This document shows positions 28,312 to 36,956 of a DNA stretch of 49,064 nucleotides, one piece after another (position 1 is the first letter of the stretch; the number at the start of each line of letters is the position of its first letter). Source of the stretch: Spirochaetales bacterium. GTDB taxonomy: Bacteria; Spirochaetota; Spirochaetia; Treponematales; UBA12059. The position numbers were made by a program, and so were the translations under genes. The DNA lies in assembly GCA_016928955.1 (NCBI GenBank), contig JAFGJV010000043.1:1-49064 (forward strand), given 5' to 3'. The notes under the pieces were generated by a model, which ran no database searches, had not been told where the DNA came from, and saw only the letters and a list, made by a program, of their open reading frames with translations.

Positions 28312-30354
28312 TCAGTACGGGTTGCTGTGCGGGACCGTGACCGTGAACGTCCTTGTGGCCACGTTTCCGGCCGCATCGGTGGCCGTGACCGAAATGGTGT
28401 ACACGCGGTCGTTGCCGCGGCCGTCACGCTCGGCCCGGACCCAGACGTCGCCGTTCTCCTCTACCAGCCAGTCGAACAGGGTGTGCCCGTCGCCCACGCC
28501 CACGTTGTCGTGCGGGTTCTGGTTGTGGGTCACCCGGATCACGAGCTCCGCGTTGGGGTCCACGGCGTCGGAGGCGCTGACCGAGGCGATGCGTTCCATC
28601 CGGTGGTTCGGCGGCCAGAGCAGGGTGGCATACTGGTCAACCACGATGGTAGGCGCCGTGGTATCGCGCACCGTGACCGTCATGGACGAGCTGGACTGGT
28701 TGCCCGCGTCGTCGCGGGCGTGGAACGTGACCGTGGTCACTCCGGCCGGGAACACCGCGGGAGCGTCTGACCACAGCTCAACATCCAGGTCAACGGCGTC
28801 TGTGGCCGACGCGTGGAGGGCCACGACCGAGCCTTCCGGGCCCTGCTGCTCAACCACCATGTCGGCGGGTATGGTCAGTGCGGGGGGCGTGGTGTCTACC
28901 ACGGTGACCGTGGTGGTGGCGACGCTTACGTTGCCGGCGTCATCCGTGGCGGTGAATGTCACGATGGTGACGCCCGCGGGGAACACGGCCGGCGCGTCTG
29001 ATACTATTTCCACGTCCGGATCGGCGGCGTCCGTGGCACTGGCGGTCAGTACCAGCGGCGTGCCGGCCGGACCGACCTGCTCCACGGTCTGCGGAGCGGG
29101 CACGGTCAACACAGGCGGCGTGGTGTCCACCACGGTGACCAACACGCTGTCCTCTGCCCAGATGCCGGTAGCTACTTCATACACCCTGAGCGTCAGCTCG
29201 GTGACACCAGCGGGGAACAGGGCCTCAAATTCCATGGTATCGGCGCTGCCGCCGTTCCAGGTCCACAGGTAACCGAGGGCGTCACCCTCCGCATCGGACG
29301 ACGCGGCCGCCGACAGCGCGGCCACGGCGCCCTGAGGGCTGGTCTGCTCCACCACCTGGTCGTTACCGGCCACGGCGACGGGGGGATAATTGATTTCAGC
29401 GACCGGTGCCCAGTACACGGTGGCTGAAGGACCTGCAAAATGGTGCTGATCCATCGGGGTCACTTGAACGCACCATTTTTCGCCCAATTCAAGGCTGGAT
29501 GCCGGTATGCTCGACCCGGTGTGGTTTGGCTTTCCTGCAAACTCATCGTCGATATAGTAGCCCTGCCCAACGTCTACATACCAGCGATATGAATACGACA
29601 CCGTATCTCCCTCGTTCGGGTCAGGCGGGTTGGGACCGCTTACGGTGACCTCCAGGGGTCTATCAATGGATGCTTCTCCATTGTTGGATGCCAGAAGCTC
29701 AGGCTGAAATGGCGGCAGGTTCCCTGGGACATACAGATAGGTGACGGTCAGAACGGATTGTTGGACCGTGGTAAGCCACCCTTCACGCTCCATATCGATA
29801 TCCAGCCAAACATTGACAATACCGTCGTCAAGAATGGACGTGATGGGCACATCGAAGGTCGTCCTCGACACCTGTTCGTTTCGTCCTTGCAAGAATCCAG
29901 GATTCAGCTGGGCGCCATCAACAGAAACACCGTCAAATTCGCCAACATAATTAGACGTTGGAGATGAATCCACGTCCCAAGCCTCTATCATAAGGCTAGC
30001 GGAAATGATATTCATGCCTGGCTCGGCGTACATATCAAACCGGTGCCGCCAGCCAAAATCCTTGTTTCCAGGGGTATAGTGATTGAATCCACCACCGTTA
30101 AGAGGGGGCACATAAAAATCCGGTCCGCTGCTACCCGTGACCACCTGCGTGAAAGTTATCTCCCCATTTACACCCCGAACCGATTCGGCTGGAAGGAGCA
30201 AGCTGTCTTCCGCGCTAATGGACCTGGACACGTAACGATCGTATGCGGCAGGGTCATCAACCATTTTCTCGCCAGCCACAGGCGATTCGCACGCGGCTAT
30301 GACCAGGGCCAGCACAATCGCTACAAACGCTTCCGCGAACAACGTTCTTCTCAT
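28312..30354 (-). CDS. Surface lipoprotein with PKD/HYR-like Ig repeats and C-terminal LWPPNH-type domain
   Basis: Lipobox IAAC; PPVAVAG, DTTPP...FPAGVT...DDAGN repeats about 77 aa apart; LLWPPNH...RAER...RVYTI C-terminus. Confidence 0.8.
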   Translation of the reverse strand: MRRTLFAEAFVAIVLALVIAACESPVAGEKMVDDPAAYDRYVSRSISAEDSLLLPAESVRGVNGEITFTQVVTGSSGPDFYVPPLNGGGFNHYTPGNKDFGWRHRFDMYAEPGMNIISASLMIEAWDVDSSPTSNYVGEFDGVSVDGAQLNPGFLQGRNEQVSRTTFDVPITSILDDGIVNVWLDIDMEREGWLTTVQQSVLTVTYLYVPGNLPPFQPELLASNNGEASIDRPLEVTVSGPNPPDPNEGDTVSYSYRWYVDVGQGYYIDDEFAGKPNHTGSSIPASSLELGEKWCVQVTPMDQHHFAGPSATVYWAPVAEINYPPVAVAGNDQVVEQTSPQGAVAALSAAASSDAEGDALGYLWTWNGGSADTMEFEALFPAGVTELTLRVYEVATGIWAEDSVLVTVVDTTPPVLTVPAPQTVEQVGPAGTPLVLTASATDAADPDVEIVSDAPAVFPAGVTIVTFTATDDAGNVSVATTTVTVVDTTPPALTIPADMVVEQQGPEGSVVALHASATDAVDLDVELWSDAPAVFPAGVTTVTFHARDDAGNQSSSSMTVTVRDTTAPTIVVDQYATLLWPPNHRMERIASVSASDAVDPNAELVIRVTHNQNPHDNVGVGDGHTLFDWLVEENGDVWVRAERDGRGNDRVYTISVTATDAAGNVATRTFTVTVPHSNPY

Positions 30355-30474
30355 ACGTCACTCCAAACGATTTGAATTATCGCCGCCAGGCGGCGAACAG
30401 CGTCCATCAGGAAGGGCCGGCAAACCATTAAGAAAGATCCCGATTCATAGCACTAAACGGTTTTGCCAACAAAG

Positions 30475-31149
30475 CTACCTGCTTATGGTTATGGTGTATA
30501 TCTTTGAGTTGTCCGTGGTCACCCTTACCAAGAACGTGTTTGAGCCAGAGATCAGTGTGACCACACGAGAAGGCATTGAAGCCAACACCCAGCCACCGGA
30601 GTTGAAATTGGTATATACATCGGCGCTGGTATCCACTGCGGTAAAATAGATCTTGATCTCATCCACCGTTGAGCTCGCGGTATATGACGTGGTGTCGGCA
30701 TCAAAAGTTGGAGTCGTCGGAATAACGGCATACGGTGACGAATTGTCTTCAATGTCAAGCCGTTGCAATTCCAAGATAGTAGCAAACGCGGCGCTCACCG
30801 TGTATGTCTTTGTCGAACCGTCCTCAGCCTTAACCGTAAGCGTTACCGGTGAACCTAGATCAACTGTCGATATGCCGTTTTGTAGCTGGGTAGTCCCATC
30901 CCATAGAGTAGCTTGGGCACTGAGGGTAAATTCCATGGTGACGCTGGCTACGTCAGAGGCTCCCCATGTTGAAGGAAAGGTAATCTCTATATCAGTACCA
31001 GTTATTGTGCCGCTGTATGGCACCCCGCTCACCCTTCCGACCATCGTGAGAATATCATTGTCTGACGACGGTTGAATCGTAGGATTGCTACACGCAGCCA
31101 GTACCGCGACGGCCAGCACGGCCACAGTGAGGTAGCTAGGTTTTTTCAC
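30475..31149 (-). CDS. Lipoprotein with Ig/cadherin-like beta-sandwich domains
   Basis: Lipobox LAAC; TVKAEDGSTKTYTV and PTFDADTTSY motifs; Thr/Ser-rich; GTG 31149 behind GGAGG; lower GC. Confidence 0.78.
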   Translation of the reverse strand: MKKPSYLTVAVLAVAVLAACSNPTIQPSSDNDILTMVGRVSGVPYSGTITGTDIEITFPSTWGASDVASVTMEFTLSAQATLWDGTTQLQNGISTVDLGSPVTLTVKAEDGSTKTYTVSAAFATILELQRLDIEDNSSPYAVIPTTPTFDADTTSYTASSTVDEIKIYFTAVDTSADVYTNFNSGGWVLASMPSRVVTLISGSNTFLVRVTTDNSKIYTITISR

Positions 31150-31250
31150 GTTTTTCCTCCCGGCGGGCTGGCCGCCGATTGCGCGATTCGAATTAATCAT
31201 CGTTTAGTAAGCAGATAAATCTGGACGCGAATCTTCGTCCAGACAGCGAC

Positions 31251-31279
31251 ACTTTACTCCCGCTTGTCACAAAAAGCAA
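31251..31279 (-). promoter_or_regulatory. Sigma70-type promoter of the lipoprotein cassette
   Basis: TTGCTT-N17-TAAAGT on the minus strand. Confidence 0.55.
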
Positions 31280-31330
31280 GAAAAATTAACAAAGTTCCCA
31301 CGGACCGCTACACAGGCTGATCGGCTAGCG

Positions 31331-31346
31331 CCGGTTCCAGCCCGGC
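31331..31346 (+). repeat. 16-bp direct repeat, right copy (contains predicted -35 of radical SAM promoter)
   Basis: CCGGTTCCAGCCCGGC; TTCCAG(31335)-N17-TATACT(31358). Confidence 0.8.
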
Positions 31347-31379
31347 CCGCCGGCCGCTATACTGGGTGGCGGAGGATCC

Positions 31380-32252
31380 ATGGACATACAAAGCCTGTCA
31401 GTCGTGGTGCCCGGCGGCTGTCCCAACGCCTGTGCCTTCTGCGTGTCGCGCATGCACGACAGCCCCTACCCCAACCGCATGGAGGAGCCTGGGGGCGACC
31501 GCGCCCTGTACGAACGGGAATTCCAGGCCAGGATGGCCTTTGCGCGGGACAATGGCTGCAACAACCTGCTGCTGACCGGCCAGGGCGAGCCGGTGGTCAA
31601 CCGCGCCTTTTTGGAGCGCCTGGCATTGTGGAACGCCGGCCTGGCCAAACCCTTCCGGTGGCTGGAACTGCAGACCAGCGGCGTGACCCTGGATCCCGAT
31701 GGCCTGCGCTGGCTCAGGACCACGGTGGGTATATCCACCCTGTCCCTGTCCTTGTCCGACCAATCCGACTCCGCCGCCAACGCGTACATCAACGGCACCC
31801 CGCCTGGCATGGAAGTGGACATAGACGCCTTGTGCCTGGCGGTCAAGAAGCAAGACCTGACCCTCCGGCTGTCGCTCAACATGACGGATCGCTACAACGA
31901 GCGGCCCGTGGCCGAGCTATTCAGGCGGGCGCGCGAGCTGGGCGCCGACCAGGTGACGTTCAGAAAACTCTACGGCTCGGGTACGGGCTGCGCGGAGGAC
32001 CGTTGGGTGGCCGAGCATTCGGTGCGCCCTGGGTTCTGGGACGACGCGGGCGACTATGTGCGGTCCAGGGGCCGGGCCCTGGAAACCCTGCCATTCGGTG
32101 CCACGCGCTGGTCGGTGGACGGCCTGTCAACCGTGCTGGACGACGACTGCATGTCCACCGTGGGCGACAAGCCTGCCATCCGCTACTTGATACTGCGGCC
32201 GGACGCCCGGCTGTACACCAAGTGGGATGACCCTGCCAGCCGCTTGTTCTAA
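31380..32252 (+). CDS. Radical SAM protein of unknown function
   Basis: CPNACAFC (CxxxCxxC), LTGQGEP, ELQTSG; GGAGG RBS. Confidence 0.85.
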   Translation: MDIQSLSVVVPGGCPNACAFCVSRMHDSPYPNRMEEPGGDRALYEREFQARMAFARDNGCNNLLLTGQGEPVVNRAFLERLALWNAGLAKPFRWLELQTSGVTLDPDGLRWLRTTVGISTLSLSLSDQSDSAANAYINGTPPGMEVDIDALCLAVKKQDLTLRLSLNMTDRYNERPVAELFRRARELGADQVTFRKLYGSGTGCAEDRWVAEHSVRPGFWDDAGDYVRSRGRALETLPFGATRWSVDGLSTVLDDDCMSTVGDKPAIRYLILRPDARLYTKWDDPASRLF

Positions 32253-32253
32253 A

Positions 32254-32361
32254 GGGAGCCTCGAAAAACTTCAGTTTTTCGAGGGTTACCTTAGAAAACC
32301 TAGCGTTTTCGGCCGAAAACGCAGGGAACCTCTAATAACCATGGGGTTTTTAGAGGTTCCC
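32254..32361. mobile_element. Composite three-hairpin miniature element (MITE/REPIN-like), copy 3
   Basis: Two repeat units flanking perfect palindrome GCGTTTTCGGCCGAAAACGC (32303-32322); flanked by TAAA/TAAA; near-identical in reverse to 48978-49064. Confidence 0.75.
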
Positions 32362-32626
32362 TAAAGGAAGCCCCTTGCCCGTCCGTGCTTACAGACATAT
32401 AAAACGGCTAACCACGGAGGCACGGAGCGAGGCCTGAGAAAAATCTTTTTGAGCATTCCCCTACTGCATGAGGAGCTAGAAAAACAACGGCGCTGGGTTG
32501 GTGGCTACCGAGGGCGAGCGCAAGGGATCGAGCGGAAATACGTGGCCCGCTGCCAAAGGCAGCGGGCCACGATTGCAGCGAGAGCCCGGCGCCGCCGCGC
32601 GCGGCGGCGTGCGCCCAAAAAAACGA

Positions 32627-34318
32627 TCAGCCAACCAGCAGTTTGAGGTCGTTATCCACCGTGCCGATGCCTGCCAGGCCGAAGTTCTCCACAAGCACCT
32701 TGGCCACGCCCGGCGACAGGAAGGCGGGCAGCGTTGGGCCCACATGGATGTTCTTGAAGCCGAGGTACAGGAGCGCGAGCAGGACCAGGATGGCCTTCTG
32801 CTCGTACCAGGCCAGGTTGAAGGCTATGGGAAGCTCGTTCACGTCGGCCAGGCCAAAAGCGTCCTTCAGCATGAGGGCGGTCAGGGCCAGGCTGTAGGAA
32901 TCGTTGCACTGCCCGGCGTCCAGGACGCGCGGTATGCCGTCTATGTCGCCCAGTGGCAGCTTGTTGTAGCGGTACTTTGCGCAGCCGGCCGTGAGGATGA
33001 CCGTATCCTTGGGCAGGGCCGAGGCAAAGTCGCCGTAATACGAGCGCTCCTTGTGGCGGCCGTCGCAGCCGGCCATCACCACGAACTTGCGTATCTTGCC
33101 CGCCTTGATGGCGCCCACCACCGTGTCCGCCAGAGCGGCCACCTGGCCGTGGGCAAAGCCGCCCACGATGCTGCCCGTTTCCAGTTGCTCCGGCGGCGGG
33201 CAGGCCTTGGCCGCTTCTATGACCGCGCTGAAGTCCTTGCTGCCGTCCGGCGCGGCGTCTATGTGGCGGACGCCGGGGACGCCGGTCACGCCGGTGGTGA
33301 ACAGGCGGTTTTTGTACGACTCGGCCGGCGGCACCACGCAGTTGGTGGTCATCAGGATGGGACCCCGGAAACGCTCGAACTCGTCGCGCTGTTTCCACCA
33401 GGCGTTGCCGTAGTTGCCGGCAAAGTGGCCGTACTTCTTGAACGCGGGATAGTAGTGGGCGGGGAGCATCTCGCCGTGGGTGTACACGTCCACGCCCTGG
33501 CCATCGGTCTGCTCAAGGAGCATCTGCAGGTCCTTGAGGTCATGGCCGGATATCAGGATGCCGGGCCTGTCGCGCACGCCCAGGTCCACCGTGGTGACCT
33601 CAGGCGTGCCGTACGCGTCCGTGTTGGCCTGGTCCAGGAGCTTCATCACCGACACGCCCACGGCGCCGCACTCGAGCACCAGGGCCGTAAGCTCGGCCGC
33701 GGACAGGGTGTCGTCCGTGGTGGCCGCCATGGCCTTGTGCATGAAGGCAAAGATGGCGGGGTCGCGCTTTCCGAGCACTGACGCGTGATGGGCGTAGGCG
33801 GCCATGCCCTTGAGTCCGTATATCAACAGCTCGCGGAGGGAGCGGACGTCCTCGTTCTCCGTGGCCAAAACGCCGACCGCGGACGCCTTGGACGCGTAGT
33901 CCTGGGGTGCCGCCGCCCAGGTGGCCGCGTCCGTGCGCAGACTGGCCTTGCCGCCGGCAGGTCCCTGGTCGCCGCCGCAGGCCGGACAAGCCTTGTCGCC
34001 GGACGCGCCGCGGGCGCGGTCAACGGAGTCGCGGAGAAGGTCGCGGATATTCAGGGCCCGGGTAACGGCGGCCTCGAACCACACCCGGTCAAAGTTGGCG
34101 TTGGTAATACAGGCAAACAGGCCTTCCATGACGGCGTCGTCTGCCGCGTCCGTTTCAAGGCCAAAGGACCGCGCTTCCATGGCCCATGCTCCCACGCCCT
34201 TGAGCGTGTGAATGAGCAGGTCCTGCATGTCGGCCGTGGCCGCGTCCTTGCCGCATACGCCCTTGGCAAGGGCGCAGCCCTTGTTGTTCATGGCTTCCTG
34301 GCACTGGTAGCAAAACAT
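32627..34318 (-). CDS. hcp: Hybrid cluster protein (hydroxylamine/NO reductase)
   Basis: MFCYQCQE...GC...[48 protein letters not shown]. Confidence 0.96.
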   Translation of the reverse strand: MFCYQCQEAMNNKGCALAKGVCGKDAATADMQDLLIHTLKGVGAWAMEARSFGLETDAADDAVMEGLFACITNANFDRVWFEAAVTRALNIRDLLRDSVDRARGASGDKACPACGGDQGPAGGKASLRTDAATWAAAPQDYASKASAVGVLATENEDVRSLRELLIYGLKGMAAYAHHASVLGKRDPAIFAFMHKAMAATTDDTLSAAELTALVLECGAVGVSVMKLLDQANTDAYGTPEVTTVDLGVRDRPGILISGHDLKDLQMLLEQTDGQGVDVYTHGEMLPAHYYPAFKKYGHFAGNYGNAWWKQRDEFERFRGPILMTTNCVVPPAESYKNRLFTTGVTGVPGVRHIDAAPDGSKDFSAVIEAAKACPPPEQLETGSIVGGFAHGQVAALADTVVGAIKAGKIRKFVVMAGCDGRHKERSYYGDFASALPKDTVILTAGCAKYRYNKLPLGDIDGIPRVLDAGQCNDSYSLALTALMLKDAFGLADVNELPIAFNLAWYEQKAILVLLALLYLGFKNIHVGPTLPAFLSPGVAKVLVENFGLAGIGTVDNDLKLLVG

Positions 34319-34476
34319 GGATATAACTCCTTCCGTATGTCGACCCGTTGCCCTATGGCCCGGGTATTCCCCGTTATGTTCCGGCGACGCTCTGCGCTCA
34401 GCCGCCGTGACGCTTTGCCATGACGTCCAGCATGGCGTGGAGCCGCTCGCGCTCGCCCGCCCCCATGACCGTGGCC

Positions 34477-35397
34477 TTACAGCCAGGTCAGGCTGCCCCC
34501 GCGCGACGACACGACCACGGTGCTGACGGGTACCGCGGCGGACGCCCCGGCCAGGGCCTCGTCAACCAGGCGCCCAAGGCCTCCGCAGCAGGGCACGTCC
34601 ATGACGGCCACCGTGATGGACGCCGCGCCGGACTCATCCACCAGAGCCCTGATCTTGTCCACGTACACTTCCCTGCCTGAGTCCAGCTTGGGACAGGCTA
34701 TGACCAGCTTCCTGCCCGCCAGCAAGGCCTGATGAAAGGCGCCGCAGGCGTATGCCGTGCAGTCGGCCGCCACCAGGATGTCCGCGCCCCTGAAGTACGG
34801 CGCCCGCGGGTTGATGAGGTGCAGCTGCACGGGCCAGTGATCCAGGCGGCTGGCCATGCCGCCGGCCTGTCCGCCAGGCGCCTGGGAGCGAACCGGGGGA
34901 ACAGGGGCGGGACCGGCCGGCGTGAACGACCTTGACAGGATTCCGGGGCAACCCGCGTGGGTAAGGGGCGCGGTAGCTGGGCGCGATCGGGCTTGTACCT
35001 CCGGCGTGCGCCCCGACCCGCCCAGCGCGGCCGCCGGGGTATCAAAACCGGGGACCACCACGCCGGCGGACGCCGCCGCCTCTATGCCCTGGGCCAGCCA
35101 GCTGTCCTGGCCATGATCGCGCAGATGTCTGAAGTGGGCGGCCAGCGTGGCCGTGCCCTGGGGCAGGATGCGCCGGATGACGGCCGCCTCGTCGTACGCC
35201 TTGGCTTCCCGCTCGACCACGGTGATGGCGCCCCGGGGGCAGTCTCCCACGCAGGCGCCAAGGCCGTCGCACAGGCTGTCGCCCACCAGCCTGGCCTTGC
35301 CCTCGATGATCTGTATGGCCGACTCGTGGCAGCCGGTGGCGCACTGGCCGCAGCCGTCGCACAATTCGTCGTCAATCTCAATTACCGAACGCTTCAT
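34477..35397 (-). CDS. 4Fe-4S ferredoxin-domain protein, hcp-associated type
   Basis: [11 protein letters not shown] and [13 protein letters not shown]-terminal WPVQLHL, AADC, IACPKLD, VPCC. Confidence 0.85.
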   Translation of the reverse strand: MKRSVIEIDDELCDGCGQCATGCHESAIQIIEGKARLVGDSLCDGLGACVGDCPRGAITVVEREAKAYDEAAVIRRILPQGTATLAAHFRHLRDHGQDSWLAQGIEAAASAGVVVPGFDTPAAALGGSGRTPEVQARSRPATAPLTHAGCPGILSRSFTPAGPAPVPPVRSQAPGGQAGGMASRLDHWPVQLHLINPRAPYFRGADILVAADCTAYACGAFHQALLAGRKLVIACPKLDSGREVYVDKIRALVDESGAASITVAVMDVPCCGGLGRLVDEALAGASAAVPVSTVVVSSRGGSLTWL

Positions 35398-35419
35398 GGC
35401 TTCCCCTTAGCAGTTTTAT

Positions 35420-35433
35420 GGTACTTTTTTACC
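35420..35433. promoter_or_regulatory. Candidate Rrf2 operator, site 2
   Basis: GGTACTTTTTTACC (GGTA-N6-TACC), 22 nt upstream of the ferredoxin start. Confidence 0.5.
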
Positions 35434-35466
35434 TTTTAATAACAAACCCTGCCGCCCGACCTCGAC

Positions 35467-35901
35467 TCACAAGGCCGGATGCACGTTGCCCCCAGGCCCT
35501 ATGTCTGAAATCGTGCGCTTGCCGAGGTACGCGACCAGCTGGTGGGCGTGCCGCGCGACGTCGGGGCCAAAGATACAGTTGTCCGGGCTACAACGCGTCG
35601 TCCTGAACGGGCAGAAATCCGGCCCCAGGGGACCGTCCACCGCCTCTATAGCGTCCTTGAAGCTGATCTTGTCTGCCGGACGCGCCAGGGCAAAACCCCC
35701 GCTTGGCCCCTTGACCGATCTGGCAAGCCCCGCCCTGACCAGGCGCTGCATCACCTTGGCCAGGTGGTTCTCGCTTGCGCCTATGGCCGCGGCCAGATCC
35801 CGGCCCTGCGTCAGGCGGTCAGGCTGGGCAGCCAAACCGGCAAGGGCGTGAACGGCTATCAAGGCCGCGTCCGACAGGTGGACAATCGTGTTAATTGGCA
35901 T
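35467..35901 (-). CDS. Rrf2-family (NsrR/IscR-like) Fe-S transcriptional regulator
   Basis: SENHLAKVMQRLVRAGL.SVKGPSGGFALA wHTH; three C-terminal Cys (CPFRTTRCSPDNC). Confidence 0.9.
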   Translation of the reverse strand: MPINTIVHLSDAALIAVHALAGLAAQPDRLTQGRDLAAAIGASENHLAKVMQRLVRAGLARSVKGPSGGFALARPADKISFKDAIEAVDGPLGPDFCPFRTTRCSPDNCIFGPDVARHAHQLVAYLGKRTISDIGPGGNVHPAL

Positions 35902-35904
35902 TGA

Positions 35905-35937
35905 GGTATTCTTATACCGTTTTAAGATCCCTGTCAA
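35905..35937 (-). promoter_or_regulatory. Rrf2 gene promoter overlapped by candidate operator site 1
   Basis: TTGACA-N17-TAAGAAT-N6-ATG; GGTATTCTTATACC (35905-35918) covers the -10. Confidence 0.6.
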
Positions 35938-36002
35938 GCATCCGCGGATGAAAACGGCCCGTGTTCCGCTTAGCGCCGGACGCCCGGAACCGTCCCGTGC
36001 GG

Positions 36003-36440
36003 CTACCTGAGCTCCTTGATGAACACCTCTTCGTCGTCCTCAAGTAAGCCCGTGTCCACAAAGCCGACCGAGCTGTACACCTTGATGCCGTTCGAATTGC
36101 TCGGCTCCGTGCTCAGCTTGATGCGGACTATGCCGGGCTCGGCCCGCGCCATGCGTTCCAGGAGACCAAGGGAGGCCGTGCCGTAGCCCTTGCCCTGATA
36201 GCGCTGGTCGATCATGAAACGCCACAGATACAGCTCGCCCGAGCCGCGATCCACGATGTACATAAGGAAACCGACCATGGTACCGTCCGCGTAGATGGCC
36301 CGAGGCACCGCTTCCGGATTGATGGCCGCCTGGGCAAGGGACTTGATATTGGTCGCTACAAAGGGCTGGTCGTCGCGCACGGATAGTCCCACGCACTCTT
36401 TAAAATTATCCTCGTTAACCTGTCGGAATTCTATGGTCAT
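36003..36440 (-). CDS. GNAT acetyltransferase (spermidine acetyltransferase-like)
   Basis: RFMIDQRYQGKGYG acetyl-CoA motif A; N...Y...GF. Confidence 0.87.
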   Translation of the reverse strand: MTIEFRQVNEDNFKECVGLSVRDDQPFVATNIKSLAQAAINPEAVPRAIYADGTMVGFLMYIVDRGSGELYLWRFMIDQRYQGKGYGTASLGLLERMARAEPGIVRIKLSTEPSNSNGIKVYSSVGFVDTGLLEDDEEVFIKELR

Positions 36441-36644
36441 ACATCTCCCCCTAGCTCGTATGGACGGTGCCCGCAACCTGTTTCGCACCTGAGCCTAGTG
36501 CGGCTGGGAACCGCGGGCAAGGGGAAGACTTAGGTAGAGCCGAAAAGAACCAAGGGAACTCATAGCTCGCGGCGCCGTATGGCCCAGCACGCCGTTCCTG
36601 GTGTAGGCTCTGCTTTCAGGGCGGCCGCGCCCCGGAGGATGCGT

Positions 36645-36956
36645 ATGAGCGTGTTTTTTTCCATTGAGGACAGGGACGGCGAAGCCCTGGAAGAGGTGTT
36701 CGAGCTTGACCACCTGCCCAAGGCCTTTCCCAGGGACGAGGGCCTGTGCCTGCGTTTTGTCAGGGGCGACGACGACGCGTCGTTCAACGCGGCGCAGGCG
36801 CCGATCCTCCTTAAGGAACTGGAAGCCATAGATCCCGCCGGGCTGGAGCCCAGGGCCGCAGCCGAGCTGGACCGCCTTGTGAAGCTGTGCCGGAAGCACG
36901 GGGGCAAACGCCACGTGCACCTGCGCTTCTACGGCGAGGACGGCTCGCGTGGCTGA
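36645..36956 (+). CDS. Small hypothetical protein
   Basis: GGAGG RBS 6 nt before ATG 36645; 3' end overlaps the nudC start. Confidence 0.65.
   Translation: MSVFFSIEDRDGEALEEVFELDHLPKAFPRDEGLCLRFVRGDDDASFNAAQAPILLKELEAIDPAGLEPRAAAELDRLVKLCRKHGGKRHVHLRFYGEDGSRG

Noticed and set aside
25726..28770. 1014-aa plus-strand ORF
   Set aside because: Antisense shadow of the MCP gene; no motifs; long shadow ORFs are expected at this GC content.
30415..30470. GGCAAACCATT...GAAA resembling a c-di-GMP-I riboswitch
   Set aside because: It is on the strand opposite to the genes and lacks the downstream GACGCAAAGC-type conserved segment.
32449..33781. Plus-strand ORFs of 65 and 427 aa after the composite element
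   Set aside because: No RBS or motif; the longer one is antisense to hcp; neither resembles a transposase.
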